From: a virus | Lineage: Duplodnaviria; Caudoviricetes | Length of the DNA stretch: 34,748 bases | Reading direction: 5' to 3' (one strand) | Virus record (IMG/VR): IMGVR_UViG_3300014613_001551 | Span: 1 to 34,748 of that record | Notes under the pieces: model-generated | The model's database searches: none | What the model saw: the letters and a program-made list of their open reading frames with translations, nothing else | Told to the model about the DNA's origin: nothing | Translations under genes and position numbers: made by a program | Shown here: positions 29,384-34,748 of the stretch, piece by piece | Layout: each line of letters starts with the position of its first letter | How positions within the stretch are numbered: position 1 is the first letter of the stretch

Positions 29384-32253
29384 ATACGACTCCTAAATTT
29401 CTCACTGGGGTCTTCAACCCCAAAGAATGTTGGATTTAATTCAGTATAATATCCTTCTCTAGCCATATCAGGTACACTCTCATACTGACGCTTAGGACCA
29501 GCCATCTGATAATCAGCATCATTATGACGTGGATCATTCAGTTCAGATACAATGACAATACCATAAGACGTCAATGATTCATACGCCCAAGCTAAAGCAA
29601 CTACTAAATCATCATGTCTGCCAGAGGGTGCGTTCATACCTCCGCTATTATCATAAGAATATGCTAAAAGTTGATTAAAAGTTTCAGGATCAGTAATAGT
29701 AACCTCACCACTCTCTAAGGCTACTGCTAATTGAGTCATAATAGCTGGCTTGGATTTGGAAGTCATCTTTCTTGGAATTAGTCTACAATTTGGTAATTCT
29801 GGCAACTTGTGCATCTTATAGACAGTCATACCAGTACCATTAGCCTCAATAATCATAGGTCCGGGAAAATCTTTATGTATCCTAGATACGCGTCCGGGAA
29901 GCACTATATCTATCCCATTACGACTCTGTATACTACCTGCCCAAGCAGATAAAGTATCTTGATTGTTTTCAGCATAAATTTGTACCCCTTGCTCATTAAG
30001 AACAACAGCACTATGACAATCACCTAGTTTTCCTCTACCTTCAGCAGTATCAATACCAGTAAAAGATAGTCTAGTTTTCTCTTTTACAAACTTGGGTTTA
30101 TAGCAATTTTTCACCGAAGCTAGATCAAACACTGGATTTCCAGAGCCAACAAAGTCACACTCATACTCCTGTAGAATCTGCTTCTTTGTCATGCCCTCAG
30201 TAGCCTTAGAATACCATGCCTCATCAAATCCGCAATTCTTCCAATGTACTTTAAGCGCGGAAAAACTATTCTCATTATAGAGAGCCTCAAAGTAGATTCT
30301 ATCAAACAGGGCTCCTTTAAGCCCGTGTGGGGTATTATGGCACACCAGCCCATTTACACAATATTCATGTATATTACTAACAGAAAAATCATAGGTTTCT
30401 TCTGAAGGAAGAGATTTATTAACATCGGTTACCTTTACCCATCGTATATTAGGCGCATACAAGGATTTCAAGTATTTATATTCAGGGGTATCCCTAAGCT
30501 CTACATACAAATCTAGAATACGCAATAATTGACGTTTGGAAACATGTTCCGCTATAGTTCTTGTAACACTGTGCTTAACCTCAGCCCTCATTCTATGAAA
30601 TCGTAATATTTCTGGTGGCTGAAGGGTCCAATTATCTAAATGTTTACTAAGAGCTTTTACCGCGTTACTTGCATACGGAACCACATCTTGTCTCCCCTTC
30701 GATAAAGGGACAATCCCCTGTTTCCTTTTAACTCTAAATCCTACAACACTAAGAAATCGATTAACATCATACAATGAGGTTATACAAAGTGCATACATAT
30801 CATGCTGAGAGCATACTTGCCTCCCATTAACTATAGTTTTCCGACCCGCCGGGATAGTACACCTTATACGCGAGTATATTCCCAAATTTAATAAAATCTG
30901 TTGAGTCTGCTGTAAAAGCACCAACGAGGCTGAAGAAAGAACAACAGCACAACCACCATCACGTGGACGTGGATGCGTACCATCAGCATCGAATAAGCCC
31001 TGTAAGAATCCAATAACTACCTCTCGCGGAGCAGTTAAAATTCGCTTCGGAATTATCTTATCAAAAGACTTCAAAGAAAAGTCAAAACCAATCAGCTCTA
31101 AATACCCTGCTAAAAATTTAGAACTCTTCCTATAACCTTGATCCCCAAACTTTGTAAATTTCCAACCACCTTGTCCTGACGTTAAGAAATCAGTTATTTC
31201 TCCATCACTATTACTTATAGTTACCTGATAATGATTATCATTAGTACGAATATACCCATCGCCTATCAACAGACCACACAAATATCCAATATCCGCCGTT
31301 GGGACAAAGTCATCAGTCCCAAAAATGTTTTGGTTATAGGACAGGGCTACAAAGTCATCAACTATTAAATCCTCTGCATTAATCCACCCCTCATAATTCT
31401 CCCTACGCACCCAAAATTTATGATTAGGCGTACACTTTGTTTCAACGCCCAAAGATGTCCGTACTCCCAAAATAGGCGATTTGCCATTATTAAAAACTTT
31501 ATCAACCTCCTGCATCCCATTTCTAGTATGTAGCTGACAACAATATAGTAAGTCATTAAATCCAGGACTTTTTGCATGTTGAACAAATTCAGAAACCTGG
31601 CGTAATCCATTATTTGTATACACATAATTATCAGCAGTCAAACAACTAACCAAAGCCGCCTGACCTGCGTGTGATAAAGTAGGCTTCATAGACTCCCACA
31701 TTACTTCTGATTCTTTATCCGGCCAGAAAGCAACCTCATCCCCCAGTACAAAAGCATAACTTTCTCCTCTACCAGCATGACCTGTTGTAGTAGACGACGC
31801 TATAACAGAAGTTCCAAGAATCTGTCCATAAGTTTCACTAGAAGGATCGTCATCTCTAAATCCAAACTTGATAAGAGTCTTGGTCTCGGAAAGCATCTCA
31901 CCAGTCAACCATTCTGGCATATTACTGATTAGATACTTGACCTTGTCCAACAGAAAAATAGCAGACCTCTCTGTTCTTGAGACAAATAGGACATCTTTAT
32001 TCTGATGCAACATAGCTACCCATAATCCATAAGCGGCCAATGTCCAAGACATTCCCACCTGCCTGGATTTAACTACAACAATATCCTCTCCCGCCTCTAA
32101 TCTCTCTAAAATATCCGTTTGCCAATCATACAGATCCCATCTAATGCGACCACGAGAAGGATGTCTTAAATATCCAAAGTGAGACAATAAATAACAAGCA
32201 CTAGTGGAACAAGCAGTCAGTTCCTCTAGTTGTGCATCAGTTAGATAGATCAT
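29377..32253 (-). CDS. terL: Terminase large subunit (958-aa precursor, ~521 aa after intein splicing)
   Basis: LYDWQ, KSRQVGMS (Walker A-like), VLGDEVAF (Walker B), split S/TPHG coupling motif, nuclease GIDTA..IEAN..HDDLVVALA. Confidence 0.96.
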   Translation of the reverse strand: MIYLTDAQLEELTACSTSACYLLSHFGYLRHPSRGRIRWDLYDWQTDILERLEAGEDIVVVKSRQVGMSWTLAAYGLWVAMLHQNKDVLFVSRTERSAIFLLDKVKYLISNMPEWLTGEMLSETKTLIKFGFRDDDPSSETYGQILGTSVIASSTTTGHAGRGESYAFVLGDEVAFWPDKESEVMWESMKPTLSHAGQAALVSCLTADNYVYTNNGLRQVSEFVQHAKSPGFNDLLYCCQLHTRNGMQEVDKVFNNGKSPILGVRTSLGVETKCTPNHKFWVRRENYEGWINAEDLIVDDFVALSYNQNIFGTDDFVPTADIGYLCGLLIGDGYIRTNDNHYQVTISNSDGEITDFLTSGQGGWKFTKFGDQGYRKSSKFLAGYLELIGFDFSLKSFDKIIPKRILTAPREVVIGFLQGLFDADGTHPRPRDGGCAVVLSSASLVLLQQTQQILLNLGIYSRIRCTIPAGRKTIVNGRQVCSQHDMYALCITSLYDVNRFLSVVGFRVKRKQGIVPLSKGRQDVVPYASNAVKALSKHLDNWTLQPPEILRFHRMRAEVKHSVTRTIAEHVSKRQLLRILDLYVELRDTPEYKYLKSLYAPNIRWVKVTDVNKSLPSEETYDFSVSNIHEYCVNGLVCHNTPHGLKGALFDRIYFEALYNENSFSALKVHWKNCGFDEAWYSKATEGMTKKQILQEYECDFVGSGNPVFDLASVKNCYKPKFVKEKTRLSFTGIDTAEGRGKLGDCHSAVVLNEQGVQIYAENNQDTLSAWAGSIQSRNGIDIVLPGRVSRIHKDFPGPMIIEANGTGMTVYKMHKLPELPNCRLIPRKMTSKSKPAIMTQLAVALESGEVTITDPETFNQLLAYSYDNSGGMNAPSGRHDDLVVALAWAYESLTSYGIVIVSELNDPRHNDADYQMAGPKRQYESVPDMAREGYYTELNPTFFGVEDPSEKFRSRIW
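30334..31644 (-). mobile_element. Intein with LAGLIDADG homing endonuclease (437 aa) in terL
   Basis: VS/CLTADNYV N-junction, CTPNHKF block B, LCGLLIGDG and FLQGLFDADG, TYDFSV..GLVCHN/TP C-junction. Confidence 0.96.
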
Positions 32254-32633
32254 TGCAATACGCTAGTCCTTCCATGTGATGCAACTGCCGACTCTGAGAC
32301 TCTTATTAGCATATTGAGCTTCTCTTTTATTCTAATCAAACGATCAAAAGCCTCTACTAATCTAGCAAGCTCTTGAACTGACAATCCACCCTCTTTAATT
32401 CTACTACTCACCATATCTGTCAGACTAATAAGAATAGTGACATCAATATTTATATCTACTTTGCGCCAGCCCTCATTAGCCGATAACTGCTTCAACAGAC
32501 TTTCAGATAGTGTAACTCCAACAAGATTAAGACTCTTTTCACTAAGCTCTCTAAGAGAAATATCACTACCCTCATAGAGTTCTCTGGCTAGTTGCTTAGG
32601 GTCAGTCCTCTCTTGATTCTCACTTTCATTCAA
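32250..32633 (-). CDS. Putative terminase small subunit
   Basis: Overlaps the terL start; HTH-like ARELYEGSDISLRELSEK..EGWRK plus helices; in-frame TTG 32633 has AGGAGG RBS (track start 32675 is at the predicted TSS). Confidence 0.7.
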   Translation of the reverse strand: MNESENQERTDPKQLARELYEGSDISLRELSEKSLNLVGVTLSESLLKQLSANEGWRKVDINIDVTILISLTDMVSSRIKEGGLSVQELARLVEAFDRLIRIKEKLNMLIRVSESAVASHGRTSVLQ

Positions 32634-32681
32634 TTGCGCTCCTCCTATATAAATTAAATATAAAGACTCTTTCATACTATA

Positions 32682-32711
32682 ATTATACCATATTAGTATG
32701 ATCTATGTCAA
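32682..32711 (-). promoter_or_regulatory. sigma70-type promoter (family A) for packaging genes
   Basis: TTGACA-18 bp-TATAAT with extended -10 TG. Confidence 0.88.
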
Positions 32712-32728
32712 GCACCCTACATGTTTCA
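32702..32728. repeat. 27-bp direct repeat, copy 2
   Basis: Identical to 16762-16788. Confidence 0.95.
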
Positions 32729-32730
32729 AG

Positions 32731-32834
32731 AAAAAACAGTGTGCCTAAAAAAACAGTACCTCTAAAAAAGAAGCACATAAAAAATTTGGTACTAAAAAAA
32801 CTAAGGTAACAAAAAAAGATGAGTACCCTTTTTT
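32731..32834. repeat. Array of six A6-7 tracts with ~16-bp period
   Basis: A-tracts start at 32731, 32747, 32764, 32779, 32794, 32811; T6 at 32829. Confidence 0.8.
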
Positions 32835-32853
32835 ATCAAAGTATGATGGATGC

Positions 32854-32883
32854 TTGACATAGATGATGCTTTTGTGGTATAAT
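32854..32883 (+). promoter_or_regulatory. sigma70-type promoter (family A), divergent
   Basis: TTGACA-18 bp-TATAAT with extended -10 TG. Confidence 0.88.
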
Positions 32884-32930
32884 AGGGGGTAGGAAAAATA
32901 AGAAAATGTCAAGCACAGGAGCAAATTATA

Positions 32931-33683
32931 ATGAACCCCAAGCATATCGTATCTTTTTCAGGTGGTAAAGATAGTACAGCAATGTTACTAATGATGTTAG
33001 AAAAAGATTGGCCCATGGACGATATTATTTTTGTGGATACTACTAAAGAATTTCCGTCAATGTATGACCATATCAAAAGGGTTGAGAACTACATCGGCCG
33101 AGAGATTACAAAAGTAGAAATTGCGTTTGATTATTGGCTAGGTAAACATGTAAAAACTAAAGGAAAGAATAAAGGGAAGATAGGATATGGCTGGGCTGAT
33201 TTTAGAAATAGATGGTGTACTGGCCTAAAAAGAGAAGCATTTGTAACTACTGCTAACAAAAGTAAGAAGTATAACCCATACCATCGGTATGGGTTAGCAG
33301 GTTGTCCAAACACAATTGAGTACCATGGAATAGCTAGTGATGAAGCGCATCGAACTAAAAATAATAAATATGTAGATAGAATTATTAAATATCCTTTAGT
33401 CGAATGGGGTATCACCGAAAAGCAAGCATTGGAATACTGCTATGCTAAAGGTTTTGATTGGGATGGGCTATATGAACAATTCGTTCGCGTCAGTTGTTTT
33501 TGCTGCCCTTTCTCACGACTGGGTGAATTAAAAACAGTCTATACTAAATACCCCAAGTTATGGCAGCAGATCAAGAAGATGGACAAGAAAAGCTATAGAA
33601 AGTTTCGAGCTGACTATTCCCTCGATGAATTAGAAAAAAGGTTCCAAAAAGAATGTACACAATTAACGTTATGTGATCAATAA
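32931..33683 (+). CDS. PAPS reductase-family (PP-loop, Cys-cluster) protein
   Basis: SFSGGKDS PP-loop, DTTKEFP, RWCT..LK, YPL..W, RVSCFCCP; lacks the C-terminal ECGLH of CysH. Confidence 0.9.
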   Translation: MNPKHIVSFSGGKDSTAMLLMMLEKDWPMDDIIFVDTTKEFPSMYDHIKRVENYIGREITKVEIAFDYWLGKHVKTKGKNKGKIGYGWADFRNRWCTGLKREAFVTTANKSKKYNPYHRYGLAGCPNTIEYHGIASDEAHRTKNNKYVDRIIKYPLVEWGITEKQALEYCYAKGFDWDGLYEQFVRVSCFCCPFSRLGELKTVYTKYPKLWQQIKKMDKKSYRKFRADYSLDELEKRFQKECTQLTLCDQ

Positions 33684-33710
33684 TATATAAAAAGGTTTTT
33701 AATCTACCTA

Positions 33711-33739
33711 TTGACAAAACTCGTTTTCTGTGGTATAAT
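33711..33739 (+). promoter_or_regulatory. sigma70-type promoter (family B-like) upstream of ORF-free structured region
   Basis: TTGACA-17 bp-TATAAT with extended -10 TG. Confidence 0.9.
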
Positions 33740-33745
33740 AGAAGT

Positions 33746-34345
33746 AGGTTAATAGGATAGATAATTTATAATAAAGTCCACGAAACTACTTTAGTCTGAT
33801 GGTATACTATATTGAGAGAGTTGATCTTTTTCACATCCAAAAAGGAGAAGTGATAAGACCACTTGCATCCGGTGAACATGCCTAGAGAGCAGAGGATGAC
33901 ACTAAAAGAATAGACGCTACAAAGGTGGAATTACACACAAACACCTAAAATAAGTGTAGGTGCGAATAGAGTCTAATGAGTGGACTTTATTCTGAACTGT
34001 GACGGGGCTAATAATAATACCGTTTCACAGGGGTGCCAATTATGTTAAAGACCGGTCGTAACACCCCAACCAAGACCGGGCCAAACGACAGCTGGTGGTT
34101 CCAGGAAACTGAGATAACTCAGGAGAGGCGTCGAAATAGGAAGTTTAGCTCAGCTTAGCTAACACGTCACAGCGCAGCCCTCGTTGACGTTACTACCTAA
34201 AGTAGAGGACTCCATGCAGGAGTCTATAAGCCAGGTACGAACTAAACACTTGTATCTGACTTGCAGGCGAGCACCGAACAGTCACTCGTTCCGCAGCAAT
34301 GTGATGTAGCTGTTTCTGGAAAAAATCGACTGTTCTACCCTCCTA
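33746..34345 (+). ncRNA. Candidate large structured ncRNA (~600 nt), family unassigned
   Basis: Follows a consensus promoter; no ORF in track; 12-bp long-range helix 33770-81/33980-91, multibranch domain closed by 34099-109/34312-21, many hairpins, G-U pairs on the + strand, two pseudoknot pairings. Ends approximate. Confidence 0.7.
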
Positions 34346-34379
34346 TGTCGCATTTTATTTAAAATCGGAGAGCTAATTA

Positions 34380-34748
34380 GCTACTTGGCTGAGAGCAAGC
34401 CAAGTTTAGGTCTACAGTCTACTGTTCCTCTTGCTTAAACAACCAGCTTAAGGAACATCGACTCTTGACCTAAATAATTTTAATAGTAAAATATGTCTAT
34501 TATACTTGGCAACGAGACAGCCAAGTTTTATTATTAGATGGCTTATCTTCTTACCTTTAACTACCAACTGTTATGACTTAGCCATCTTAAACTTTCTGTC
34601 TACGCCAAAAGTTTAATACTATCTCTTGTAAAACTAAGGACTCTTTAAGCAATATTGATTTCATACTATGGCTTGACCTTAGCTCAGTATCAACATTGCC
34701 AACTACTCACAAGATTGTTGTTCCAACAGTGAGTCTAAGTCTATTGAA
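34380..34748 (-). ncRNA. Candidate second structured element (hairpin array), probably minus strand, may continue past the window
   Basis: Eight near-adjacent stems; A-C mismatches on + become G-U on -; internal loops purine-rich on -; two related ACTTGGC..GCCAAGT hairpins. Confidence 0.5.

Noticed and set aside
16762-32728. 27-bp repeats as attL/attR of an excisable element
   Set aside because: They coincide with promoters, no recombinase is in the window, and excision would remove essential terminase and portal genes
32745-32945. 66-aa hydrophobic minus-strand ORF
   Set aside because: Translation of the A-tract array and divergent promoter; hydrophobicity comes from T-runs
2437-33415. Short plus-strand and alternate-frame ORFs in the track (e.g. 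2437..2838, 9206..9493, 14058..14627, 22155..22472, 27771..28088, 33131..33415)
   Set aside because: Mostly or wholly overlap well-supported genes and have no recognisable motifs; treated as shadow ORFs
32931-33683. Calling this cysH, an auxiliary sulfur-metabolism gene
   Set aside because: Lacks the catalytic C-terminal ECGLH motif and has no cys neighbours
33842-33885. AAGGAG followed by an 11-codon GTG ORF, and a lone extended -10 at 33800-08
   Set aside because: RBS spacing is only 2 nt and the ORF is tiny; the -10 has no -35
34139-34215. tRNA-like start GGAAGTTTAGCTCAG (TAGCTCAG also at 34680-87)
   Set aside because: No D-loop GG/AGAGC, no TTCGA T-loop and no acceptor stem; the segment forms a local hairpin instead
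33746-34748. Group I/II intron, RNase P, tmRNA or CRISPR array as the identity of the ORF-free region
   Set aside because: No flanking exons, no domain V, no GAGGAAAGUCC, no tmRNA-type ends and no regularly spaced repeats recognised by eye; a covariance search is still needed

Overview
The window is part of a tailed dsDNA phage genome (long non-contractile tail predicted; no integrase, tRNA or host genes seen). Almost all of it is one minus-strand morphogenesis module: TerS, intein-containing TerL, Mu gp29-type portal, ChaB-Mu-type protease/scaffold, decoration protein, major capsid, neck proteins, tail tube, frameshifting tail chaperones, a 2002-aa tape measure, Dit and a beta-propeller/hub tail-tip protein that runs off the left edge. 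Two things stand out. (1) A ~10.8-kb operon with its own promoter sits between portal and prohead protease. It encodes an amino-sugar tailoring pathway (SDR, PLP aminotransferase, WecD-like acetyltransferase), five glycosyltransferases and two methyltransferases, a candidate virion glycosylation system. (2) The last ~1 kb has no ORF, follows a consensus promoter and is densely base-paired (long-range helices, two pseudoknots), a candidate large structured ncRNA; its 3' part appears to fold on the opposite strand. Six near-consensus sigma70 promoters fall into two sequence families. All family assignments are from motif recognition by eye; no searches or folding programs were run.
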